From: Conidiobolus incongruus B7586
Lineage: Eukaryota
Reading direction: 5' to 3'
Length of the DNA: 34,475 nucleotides
Assembly: GCA_000697335.1 (NCBI GenBank)
Contig: JNEM01006578.1
Coordinates: 1-34,475, forward strand
The notes beneath the pieces are model-generated. The model was given only the letters and a program-made list of their open reading frames with translations. It did not search any database and was not told the origin of the DNA. This document shows positions 1 through 10,341 of the stretch, in pieces; the stretch's first letter is position 1, and each line of letters opens with the position of its first letter. Made by a program: the position numbers and the translations under genes.

Positions 1-1350
1 AATTATTTAAATATAAATATATTAAATATAAGTATTTTTTGATATCTTAACAAATTATATATCAACTTAATATATATTAAAAATTAAATATAATATTTAT
101 AATTAAAAGTTAATTAATAAAAACTAAGTAAAATTTAAACCAAATTGGAGTTTTTATAATATTAATATAATTAGCTTGATTTTAATATATAAGTCCTTTT
201 AACTAGTTATTATTTTAACTTTATATTATAATATAGAAAATATACTTAATTTTTATAAGTATATAAAAATTAAAATTTTATATCAAATTCTATTTGACTT
301 GAAATGAAATATTAATATTAAAGAATATAATATTAATTATATTATAAGCAAAAATATAAGTAAATGATTATTAAATATTTATATATTTTTAAAGTCAATA
401 AAAATTTAAGGAATAATAATCAATTGAAAAAAAGATAATGAATAGTGAATTTTCAATAAATATCAAGATATATTATTATTAGTTTTTAATTTATATTATA
501 TATATATTTATTTATTAATTAATGATTATTTGAAACATATTAAGAATTATGTATATTAGTTTAAAAATGGTAATAATATGTTTTATGCTAAATTTTTCAA
601 AAAACCATTTTAAGACAATATCTGAGCATTTATACTTTAAGTAATGGTTTATTTTAATTCTGATTAAATATTAATAGACTTGCTCAAAACAGATGTGATT
701 TTTTAAAATAAAATTTTTTATAATTATATTAACTTTTAATATTTGATATTTAAAAATTCAATGATGAATCTAGAATATGATATCTGAATAAAGCAAAACT
801 AACAAACTGTGTCATAATTGTTGAGGTAGTTATAATAAAATGGACTGCTTTATATTAATTTTTTATCAAGTTCAGACTTTTTAAATTGGTTCACCTTAAT
901 ATCAGTCTTGTTTAATTTGATAAGCATAGACAATAAAATATAATGTTTTTTACTCTCATAGATTAAAAACATTGAATGTAAATAATTAAAATCAATCGCT
1001 ATGTTATCAAATAAATATTGAAATAGCAAGAATATATAAATATATTTAATTATTTTCAAAACATTATAAATGAATTTCTAGAATATATTTATATTTGGTA
1101 TTGATATTGTTTGAAAATTAAGCTAATGGGCAAAGAATTATATTATGTATTATCAAGTATCATTAATCTAATGATAATAATATTAGATATAATCAAATTA
1201 AGAGTTATATTAATAAAGATTGGAATAAATTAAAAATTGAAAAATTAAGATAAAATAGAATAGATGGATTATGGAAAAGATTAGAGAGAATGTCAAAAAT
1301 TAAATAAACCTAATAGTCATAATAATATTTATTAGAATTAAATATTAGCT

Positions 1351-1357
1351 AAAAAAA
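1351..1357 (-). terminator. Probable Pol III oligo-T terminator of tRNA-Pro
   Basis: A7 on the + strand = T7 on the - strand, about 20 nt downstream of the tRNA 3' end. Confidence 0.7.
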
Positions 1358-1376
1358 TAATTCTTAAATTCGAGAT

Positions 1377-1448
1377 GGGCTCGACTGGGAATCGAACCCA
1401 GGACCTCTCCCACCCTAAGGGAGAATTATACCACTAAACCATCGAGCC
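1377..1448 (-). tRNA. tRNA-Pro (anticodon AGG), intronless, 72 nt
   Basis: Reverse complement GGCTCGATGGTTTAGTGGTATAATTCTCCCTTAGGGTGGGAGAGGTCCTGGGTTCGATTCCCAGTCGAGCCC. Acceptor stem GGCTCGA/TCGAGCC; anticodon arm CTCCC-TTAGGGT-GGGAG; T-arm CTGGG-TTCGATT-CCCAG; internal A and B boxes. Confidence 0.97.
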
Positions 1449-2430
1449 TTAACCAGGTAAGATTTTAAATGAATTTATTTTTATATTTTAATTTTTTATA
1501 TATTCAATAATTGAATTTTAAAATTTTCTTATAAATATCATTTTTCATTATTGTCGTATTACTTTTATATTTTTTTTATATTAAATTATTTTTTATATAT
1601 TTATATATCAATAAAACTTTTTATATATTTTATTATCATTTTATCTTTAATTTCTAACTTTATATTTTAATTATTATAATATATATGATATTATTATTTA
1701 TTTTCAACAACCAATAAAAACCCTCAAAATTATTTACCATATTTATTTTTAATTTATATAAATAATCAGTTTTTTAAATATAATATGTATTCTTACAAAT
1801 AATTCTCAATTAATAATTATAAAACTAATTGATTTTGAAATTTATTATTCTAAATTGATTCAATTTGATTTTCATTATTTTTATGTTTTAACATCTAAAT
1901 ACTCATTTTTACATTAAATAATAAGATATTTTTTATATATTAAAATATGATATTAAGAATGATTAAATGACTGATATGTTATTATATCCATTGTAGATAT
2001 TAATATCAATATTCAAATTCAGATTACTTCATATATTTAATACAGTATACTTTTTGTTAAGTGAAATATTCTTTCAACATAGATAATAATCATTCAACTA
2101 TATATTATTCAATATTGAAAATATATAATGTTAAAAATTTTTTCAAAAACTTAATTATTATAAAATAATTTGCAAAATTTCAAGTTTCATAATTTGGCCA
2201 AAATCAAAAATTCCTTAATTTCAATTGTTATCAATCAGTCTTTAGCCAAATTAATTAACATGTATAATGTAAAGTTTGAATATATTCAATATAGTTTTCT
2301 TTAATTAATATGCTTATAGAATAAAAGTATATAATATCCAAAGTAAAACCCAAATAAAACTATATACAAATCATATGATTTCGATTTCAAATATTAAAAC
2401 CATATGACAAGTCAACAATCTTGTAAAAAT

Positions 2431-2439
2431 TCCCATAAT
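2431..2439 (+). promoter_or_regulatory. TCCCATAAT upstream motif (PEX10 pseudogene)
   Basis: Exact copy 108 nt upstream of ATG 2539, sense orientation; recurs upstream of six other genes. Confidence 0.6.
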
Positions 2440-2538
2440 ATAGCATTAATAATTTATTGAATATCATATTTTAATTACAGTCACTAAACAAAGTTTGATT
2501 TTTATTCAATTGCATTGAAAAAACATCAAACAAAACAC

Positions 2539-3779
2539 ATGAGTCAACCCAGTACTAGCAGTAAACCAGAAATACGATTTGAAGGATTGCTTACTGAGCT
2601 TATTTGGAAATAGATGGTTGAATAAGAAATATGAAGTGAGTACAATTTAGTGAGTTAGTTAAGTTATTTTGGCTTAACTACTTTATTATGTAACTCTCAA
2701 AATATTTTAGTAATTTATTAATATTAATAATTTTGTATAGTAGATCAGACTTTAAGATAAGAATATTGTGAAATTTTACCTTATCAGTTAAAACTGAAAA
2801 ACTTACCAAAATATTGAGTAATTATATAATATATATATATATATGCTGTGATTTATTAGCTAAAATATAGAATCGTATTTAAGTATTTTATTGTATTGTT
2901 CTTTTCCCCACTTAATCCAATTAGGATACGATCCAGTTAAAAAATGGGCTAAAAAATTTATTATTACTAATAGTAAATATTACTCTTATTTATCATTTAT
3001 TACATGTTCTATGAGCTAATGATATATTTTATATTATAGATTTTAAATTAAATACCACTACAAAAGAATGGATCAATATGACAGTATTTGATATGATACC
3101 CAGAGCCATTAAAATATCCAATGATTATTTATTACCTTTGCATCTCGTAATCTTTTATTTCAAAGGCCACTATTATCATCTATCCAAGAAATTGACCAGT
3201 ATTCGATATGTAATCTACCATATCCTACTATACATTATTAGGAATACCTAATATTATTAACTAGATTTCTCCAAATAAGTCCAATTCGAATAATTTGAAT
3301 ATATCAGATTGCAAAATTTTAGGAATATTATTGGGAATTCAATTATTTGTGAAATTAAAGTTGAATTTAAAAAATCTTACAGAAATTATAGGGATGAGCA
3401 ATTGAAATTGAAACAGTTAGAAAGTAATGAAGATCAAGATTTAATTAGGTATATTTTAATATAATATTCATTGGTGTTGGCATATTTATTAGTTGTTAGT
3501 GGTGAAAAAGTTGTTGAAAACTCAACTGAGATGCAGTTACCTAGCTCTATTGATGGAAAGTGTGCGTTGTGTTTGAGTACTAAAACGAATCCTACCTGTA
3601 CCCTTGTGGTCATATTTTTTGTTGGGAGTGTATTTCTGAATGGTGCAGAACTAAAGTAATTTATGGCAATATTATTTAATTAATTAGGCTTACTGATGAG
3701 CATTTAATTATAGTCCGAGTGTCCACTATGTAGACAATCATCAGGGTCAGCACAATTATGGACCATTAGATTAAATTAA
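2539..3779 (+). pseudogene. PEX10: PEX10 peroxisomal RING E3 ligase pseudogene (introns retained)
   Basis: Pex10 hallmark peptides are recognisable: YFGLTTLL, QTLR*EYC (normally QTLGEEY), LHLVIFYFKGHYYHLSKKLTSIRY, KILGILLGIQL and a C-terminal RING CALC...[21 protein letters not shown]. It is disrupted by stops (2648-50, 2758-60, 2815-17) and frameshifts, including a 1-nt deletion inside the RING at about 3601-3604. Confidence 0.88.
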
Positions 3780-3798
3780 AACAAAAATATTTATTGAA

Positions 3799-4763
3799 TT
3801 AATGGAATGGAGATGTAGATTTGATGAGGGTAGCATCAATTTGAGTCAAACTCTTGGGTAAATTTAACTGAATTTTATTTCTGTAGAGAGCCGGTTGATT
3901 CTTCTGTAAGGGATTATTTTCAAAGTACACCGTTTGAATGTTCGTTAAAGTTTTGAATTCTCTGTTTAATTCGTCAAAATTTTCAAATTGATTGGAATTA
4001 GCCTAATTTATGATTAATATAATGGTTTTATAATAGATCGCAGTATTATATTTACCCAGAACTCTTCTAAATTAACCAAATGGCTAATATTTTCCAGTGT
4101 TTTAATGTTATTGTTAGAAATATCCAAAGTAGTTAAATTAATCTAGTAATGGTATTATCAATATATACATATTTCAATGGTATTGACATATTAAATAATA
4201 CATTATTCTCTAAGCCTTCAATCTTTTCAATAGCGTTATGACTAATATAGAATTCCTCTAAACATTCCAATCCTTCTAAACCTTCAATCTTTTTAATTCG
4301 ATTACTCTAAAAATCACATAAGCATATTTTTTATATACGAATAATATAAAAATTTACTTGAATACTTAATATCTTCAACTTTTTCAAATGTTGTAAATTC
4401 TAAATAAAATTTAAAACAATATAAAAATTTATATAATAAATAATAACTTACTTCTAATTTTTCAATTTTATTCTTTCCCAACCATAATTTTTCTAAATTA
4501 ATTAAATGATCTAAATTTTCAATTTTCTAAAAAATATTACTATAGAAATATATGAATATATTAAAATTATTTACTCTGATACGATTGGCTCCCAATTCCA
4601 AATTGGTAATATTGATAAAGGTGTCCAAATTTTGAATTTTAGAAATTTTGTTACTTACAAAGTATAGATCTGTTAAATTCACCAACTGATCAATATTTTC
4701 AATTTGTTTGATCTTGTTGAAAGACAAATCTAAAGATCTAAAAATATAAATAATCGAATGTCA

Positions 4764-4794
<31 letters not shown>

Positions 4795-5210
4795 CATATA
4801 TAAAAATTACGTTAAATTCACCAAATGATTTAAATTTTCAATCTTTTCAATTCGATTATCATAAAAATCTAACTCTATTAATTCTCTATTACTTTCTAAA
4901 TCTTCAATTTGTTGAATTAAATTTTGTCTCAAAGTTAACATCTAAATATTACAAAAAACTATTTAATAATTTGAATATTGTTAAATTAAAATTATTTACT
5001 TGTAATTTTGTAAATCTTGATAAATTTAATAATTTCATATCGGTTAATTTTGCATGAACTAATTCTAATACCTATTCAATTATTAAATTTAATTATTATA
5101 AATTTTTTATTTTTTTTGTTGTTTACCTCTGTATCATTTGGAAAATCATCAAATGGATTTTGGAATTTTTGTTCTGAGCTATTATCTTCGATAGGTATGT
5201 TAGTTTCCAT
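3799..5210 (-). CDS. SDS22: Protein phosphatase 1 regulatory subunit Sds22 (PPP1R7), LRR protein, 9 exons
   Basis: Spliced translation is open from ATG 5210 to TAA 3799. Tandem SDS22-type LRRs: LTLRQNLI, LDFYDNRI, LDLSFNKI, LYFVSNKI, LELGANRI, LWLGKNKI, LSIQSNRI, FYISHNAI, LDISNNNI. LRR cap VYFENNPL...YRNKI...SLTQIDAT. All introns are GT-AG. Confidence 0.95.
4764..4791. repeat. (AT)14 microsatellite in an SDS22 intron
   Basis: Direct reading of the sequence. Confidence 0.9.
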
Positions 5211-5320
5211 TTTTTTTCAGAATTTTATTGAAATAAATTGAATTGATTTTTTCAAGATTATAAATTGCGTCACTAATAAATATTAATATATGATTTCATG
5301 GGCTAGGGTTATTGAAATAA

Positions 5321-5329
5321 TTTATGGGA
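5321..5329 (-). promoter_or_regulatory. TCCCATAAA upstream motif (SDS22)
   Basis: 119 nt upstream of ATG 5210, sense orientation. Confidence 0.55.
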
Positions 5330-5541
5330 ATGTGATTTCATTAATTGTAAATTTGAAGGTTACAGATTTTCAATACGAATTTTGATACTTTTTATATACA
5401 CGCCTTGTTGAATACTATATATTCAAAAATCATTATAATAATATCATTAATTTTTATATACCTTTATATTGAGGGATAAATCATTAATAGATCATTTTAT
5501 TGCTAACATAAACTGTGAAAAATAGAACTTAACCAAGGATG

Positions 5542-6129
5542 TTAATAGTTGTTTTGGTTGATGGAGATGTTTTGAGTATTGTGTTTCTGAGATGTATGCT
5601 GGGGGCATGGTGTCATAGGCACTTGGACAGGTAATGGCTGGGGTGGTTGTTGTTCAGGGCATGGTTGAGGTTGAGGCATGGGCTGGGGAATTGGCTGAGG
5701 AACAGGTTGAGGAATAGGTTGAGGCTGTTGTTCAGGGCATGGTTGAGGTTGAGGAATAGGCTGGGGGATTGGTTGAGGAACAGGTTGAGGAATAGGCTGG
5801 GGGATTGGTTGAGGAACAGGTTGAGGAATAGGTTGTGGCTGTTGTTCTGGACATGGTTGTGGTTGAGGAATTGGCTCAGGCTGTGGCTGTGGGACTGGTT
5901 GAACCTCAGGACATGGTAAGGGTTGAGGTAATGGTTGTACAGGGGTTACAGGGACAGGTTGAGGATAAGTAACCAAACGGGGAGCACAATCGGATCTACC
6001 AGGTCCACATCCGAATGGTAGGTCAAGATTGAAAGAAGTCAAAGAGGTTGATCTGAAAAAAGGTTCAGCAGGAGCTCCAATCAATACTTGGACAAGGATA
6101 CAAGAGATAGAAGCATTAATGAATTTCAT
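5542..6129 (-). CDS. Intronless secreted Pro/Gln-rich repeat protein (195 aa), putative cell-wall/adhesive structural protein
   Basis: Hydrophobic signal-peptide-like N-terminus (MKFINASISCILVQVLIGAP), PQP(I/V/M) tetrapeptide repeats punctuated by PQPQPCPEQQ, coding-like GC relative to the flanks. Function is inferred. Confidence 0.85.
   Translation of the reverse strand: MKFINASISCILVQVLIGAPAEPFFRSTSLTSFNLDLPFGCGPGRSDCAPRLVTYPQPVPVTPVQPLPQPLPCPEVQPVPQPQPEPIPQPQPCPEQQPQPIPQPVPQPIPQPIPQPVPQPIPQPIPQPQPCPEQQPQPIPQPVPQPIPQPMPQPQPCPEQQPPQPLPVQVPMTPCPQHTSQKHNTQNISINQNNY
5636..5930 (-). repeat. Coding tandem repeat: 12-nt CCTCAACCT(A/G)TT-type units with higher-order PQPQPCPEQQ blocks
   Basis: Repeated ggttgaggaacaggttgaggaatagg and gttcagggcatggttgaggttgagg strings on the + strand. 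Confidence 0.9.
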
Positions 6130-7370
6130 GTTGAATATTAAATTAAAATATTAGAAAATATTAGTAAAGATTAAATTATTATGTTATGATTATTTCTTAT
6201 CGAATAATACATGGTTTATATATTTCATTTCATATTAATATATTAAACTTAAATAATTAATTTTTAATTTATTGAATACACTTTAAATCGATTTGCAATA
6301 TATTTAAAAATATTAAGTGATAAAAATATATTAAAATTTAATATGTACAAATATAGGATGACACTTATCAAAAGTATTCAATTATAAAAATAATATAGTA
6401 TAAGACTAATGGTGACTATTCATTTGTATATTTAATTCATTGATAAATCTAATGAATATTTTTATTATATATTTTAAACAATATTAGTTCAACTTATAAA
6501 TTCATAATTCAATTGAAAAGGATCTATTCTATTATTCAACAATGTTCAATGCTATTCCTATCTAGACTTATAAATCCTAGGTGATCTTTTAAATAACAAT
6601 TCTATAACATTGAAAATAAAACATCATATTTTCTAATATTTAATATACTATTATTAAAATTCAACAAATTTTGCATCAAAATTTAAGATTTGTATAATAA
6701 TCATTTACGCTCAATAAATGTTGAGAATTTGAAAATTTGGTTTATAAATTTTATTATTGTGATGATAATATATGAAAACACCTGAAGATTTGCAAACAAT
6801 AAAAATATATACACATATTACATTATATTCCAATATCATTTAATGCCATCAAAATTTTGTATATATGATAAATTGTTGCAGATTTGATTTTAATATTCAT
6901 AGAAAATATTATTGAATCCTATGATTTGTATGTAATATTCAAGATATAATTACAATCACAAACTAACAATAACTTATGAACTCATGCCAATGGAATTTTT
7001 GTTGAATCTATACCAAAAGTTTATAAATCCTGCTAAGATATTAACTATTATAGTTTGAATATTCCAAATTGATTTGTTTAGTAGAAATAATCAACTAATG
7101 AGGGTTATACAATCAAGTTAAATATTTCCAACCTTGATCAAATTTTTCTAGATGTTCAGCAACTGTTAATACTCATTTTGAATTTTTACACCAATCATCA
7201 GAATTTATTGTGTGATATCATGTCTGACTTGATAAGTTAAATTTTTTGAGCTCTGTAATGACCGTTCCCAGAATTTACACAGGTTCTGAGTACACTAATT
7301 AATTTTTAATCAAGGTTTTCCTAAATTAACATTTATAATACTAATATTTAGGTATAATTTTATAATAATA

Positions 7371-7910
7371 CTGTCACCCGCTGGGTAATGCTGGCCTGGG
7401 TCAAGGTAGTCAGGTCGCCGATTCCAGGAGTGGTTAGTACGTCCGGGACAAGATGAACGAGCTTAGATGCATACATAACTAGCTGAGTGGCGAGCATGGT
7501 GCGTAAATTGGGTATATATGCCACTGTGGAAGGATCGACAGCGGTCAATTAGCCTAAGTTCATCTCTATCAGGTAATAGGAATAAAATTGATAAATTAAT
7601 TCAAATGATTTAGTCTTAGGTAGTGATTTTATTGAGATCTTAAGGTAGTGCCGCAGCTCTAGCACCTAGCGTCGGGTTGATCCTACCATGAAAACCTCTG
7701 TCTCGCATTCGCGATGGCTTATTCCCTTTTATTGCGATCTCTAAGCCCACCGCTCCAATCGCCCTCGTGAGTCACGCAAAGCAAGTCTTCAGGTGAGCAA
7801 GTTTCGCAATATTTCCCGTCAGCTGATTTTGACAGATGGTTCTCATTATCCTGCGGTGATTCGAAGGATTGCCGAGTCGACAACCTTGACAAATGCTTAG
7901 ATCAAAAAAT
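7371..7910. other. Two-block GC-rich island of unknown origin (7371-7550 ~52% GC; 7641-7900 ~50% GC)
   Basis: Hand-counted GC of 94/180 and 129/260, against a much more AT-rich background. No recognisable protein or RNA family. Confidence 0.6.
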
Positions 7911-10341
7911 ACCACACTAAACTCACTATTAATATCTTTAATCAAATACAAGTAATGCTATCTATGTTTCTTCCTGTAAAATATAAATACAAGTTGAATA
8001 CTTATCAAGCATCCTTATATATTGAGATGGGGCTAGTAAGGTTAGAATCATAGAAACTCCAGGTGTATTGAGGCTTCACTTAATTTCTAATATTACTTCA
8101 ATAATCAAGTATTGATAGCTTTCAACATTGATTTTAAATAGATTTATTAATGGAAAATTTCTTCATATATAATGAAAGATCAATACTTTCTTTATTATTA
8201 ATCAATATTTACCATACTTTCAGCTTATTATAACAACTGAAAATTAGTTCTTTTATTAGAGACTGAAATTACATATTTCGTTAATTAATTTATTTATTAG
8301 AATCTCCATCCTTGTAGAAACATCTTTTAATTACCCAAAGTAATTATAATCACTGCAGCTTTAATCTGGTCAGTAAATAGGATTTGTTAATTTTTAATTT
8401 ATTGTTATTCAGAAAATTTTTATAACAATATATTTTGTAATTCTCATGTGAAATTATATTCACCTTAAATTGTAATTAAAAACCATTTGAAAATTATATA
8501 TAGAGTTAGATAATAAAAAGCGGTACTTTTTTAACTTTTAATTTTTCAAACATAATAAAAGGTTTGAATATTAAAATATCAATATTTTAAATAAAAACCT
8601 CATAGAATAAATCAATCTGTAAGTTTATGCATTTATTTATATTTATTAGTATTTTGTTTTAATATAAAAATTTATTCTTGAATTACACATTAGTCAAAAA
8701 TGGGATTATCAGAGGTGTTTTATTTTAGTATCATTAAAACTCAACCATAAACCCTCTAAAATCATTTAAGATTTACAAACAGCTTATGAAGAGAATTTTT
8801 TATTTAAATTTATCATTTATTGTTAAGTCTACTACTTTAAAGTTAGATGGGATATTATTTAAATTCTACTCAAATTTAAAAGATTAATTTTTATTATGAT
8901 TCTTTTATTAATTAATAAAGTAAAAATACATATTGAAAAACACTTTTTGTTTTAATTAGAGTATTATCTAACTAATTTAATTTTAATCAAATAAGAATAT
9001 TATAGATATTAAAGTTTAAACTTGGTTTAATTAATAAAGTTATAAAATAAATATTATAACATTATATAAAACAGAAAAAAATAAAATAACTATAACTAAA
9101 CAACACTTATTAGGATATAATTAAAAACCAAAGAATACTATATTATATTAATATTATTGATGAGTTTAAATTTTTTATATAATTTTTTATTTAATTTAAT
9201 ATTTAGTTAAAACAACTCCATTATAAATTTTAATATATAAACATTTTATTAATATATGAATATTGATGAATATAATAGACTATTGTTTTATATAATTTTC
9301 TTTATTTAATCCTTTAAATTAAATTATCCAATAATAATTTTTTAATATCGTTCTTATTATTAATAAAAAATATTTATTATTTGAAATGATAATTGTAAAA
9401 TATATTAAGCTAAAACCATTTAAAAACTTGATATTTTTAAAAATTAGAAAGAGCTGTCATATCTAATATATTTATTAGATTATAACTTAAGTGATTTTAA
9501 TTGATATAATTAAAAAATATAATTTCAAGAAAAAATCCTATAAACAATTAATTCATAAAATATCAAATTTCATTTATTAGTACATTGTTTTTTAAGAATT
9601 AAAAGCTTACCAAAAGTATAGCAAAGAGTTATTAACAATAAAAAAGAGCATTCAATCTATACTATGTATTATTTTTGTATATCCTATATTAAAAATTATA
9701 TTTAATTTTGATTGTAAAATTGTGGCATTATTAAATTTTTGTAGTAATATTAAATCAAATTACTGGGGAATATCTCACACATATTTTTAGCATTATTATA
9801 TTGAATGATAGATTTAATTATATTTTGGATATTGAATCAGATGGAAGAGGAGTATGTAGAATCAAAGTTGATAGATTTTTTTTGATATAGTGGATGGAAT
9901 GATGAATAACTCATAATAAAATCTTATGATTCATCAAATCACTTTTTGAAATAGAATAAACAAACTAGAATCTAAGATAATATATAATAGTTAAGTAGCT
10001 TTTACATATTAAGTATTACCTAATAAATATTAATATATATCCAATCAACTAATAACCATTTGAAATTGATTATTTTTAAATAGAACTATATTATAAATAT
10101 ATCCCTTGACAATTTGTACAATCAAAAATTTCCAACTTTACAAAAATTAACAAATTTGTCGGATTTTATTAAATTAGAAATGAATTGAGAAATTATCAAA
10201 ATTATATCAATAAATATCGGTGTATTGATCATTATTTGTTTTGCTGTTTACTTCTTGTTATTTAATAATATTATATTAAAATATTTTTTGAAATATATAT
10301 TAATTTAAAAATAATTATAATAAATTATTAAAGTTGTTAAA

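Noticed and set aside
850..1059. 69-aa ORF in an AT-rich region (possible decayed gene at about 560-1100)
   Set aside because: Non-ATG start, I/K/F/Y-biased composition typical of AT-rich noise, no recognisable motif.
2191..2252. Inverted repeat AATTTGGCCAAA / TTTAGCCAAATT (11/12)
   Set aside because: Short, AT-rich, no second copy in the window; compatible with chance.
3471..3659. 62-aa ORF as an independent gene
   Set aside because: It is the frameshifted RING exon of the PEX10 pseudogene plus intron sequence.
4758..5241. Two + strand ORFs (99 and 74 aa)
   Set aside because: Antisense to SDS22 and running through an (AT)n microsatellite.
5647..5919. Arg/Leu/Trp-rich 90-aa ORF
   Set aside because: Antisense shadow of the PQP tandem repeat.
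7786..7805. Hammerhead-like words GAAAC and CUGAAGA on the - strand
   Set aside because: Only 9 nt separate GAAA and CUGA, too few to form stems III and I.
7636..7903. Assignment as SRP RNA, RNase P/MRP RNA, telomerase RNA, snRNA or group I intron
   Set aside because: No convincing SRP helix-8 motif, no CR-I/CR-V P4 pairing, no TTAGGG template, no snRNA signature, and group I P/Q/R/S-like words are in the wrong order.
8095..8130. VESYQYL peptide on the - strand resembling the non-LTR RT V..YKYLG motif
   Set aside because: Single short degenerate match without supporting RT motifs.
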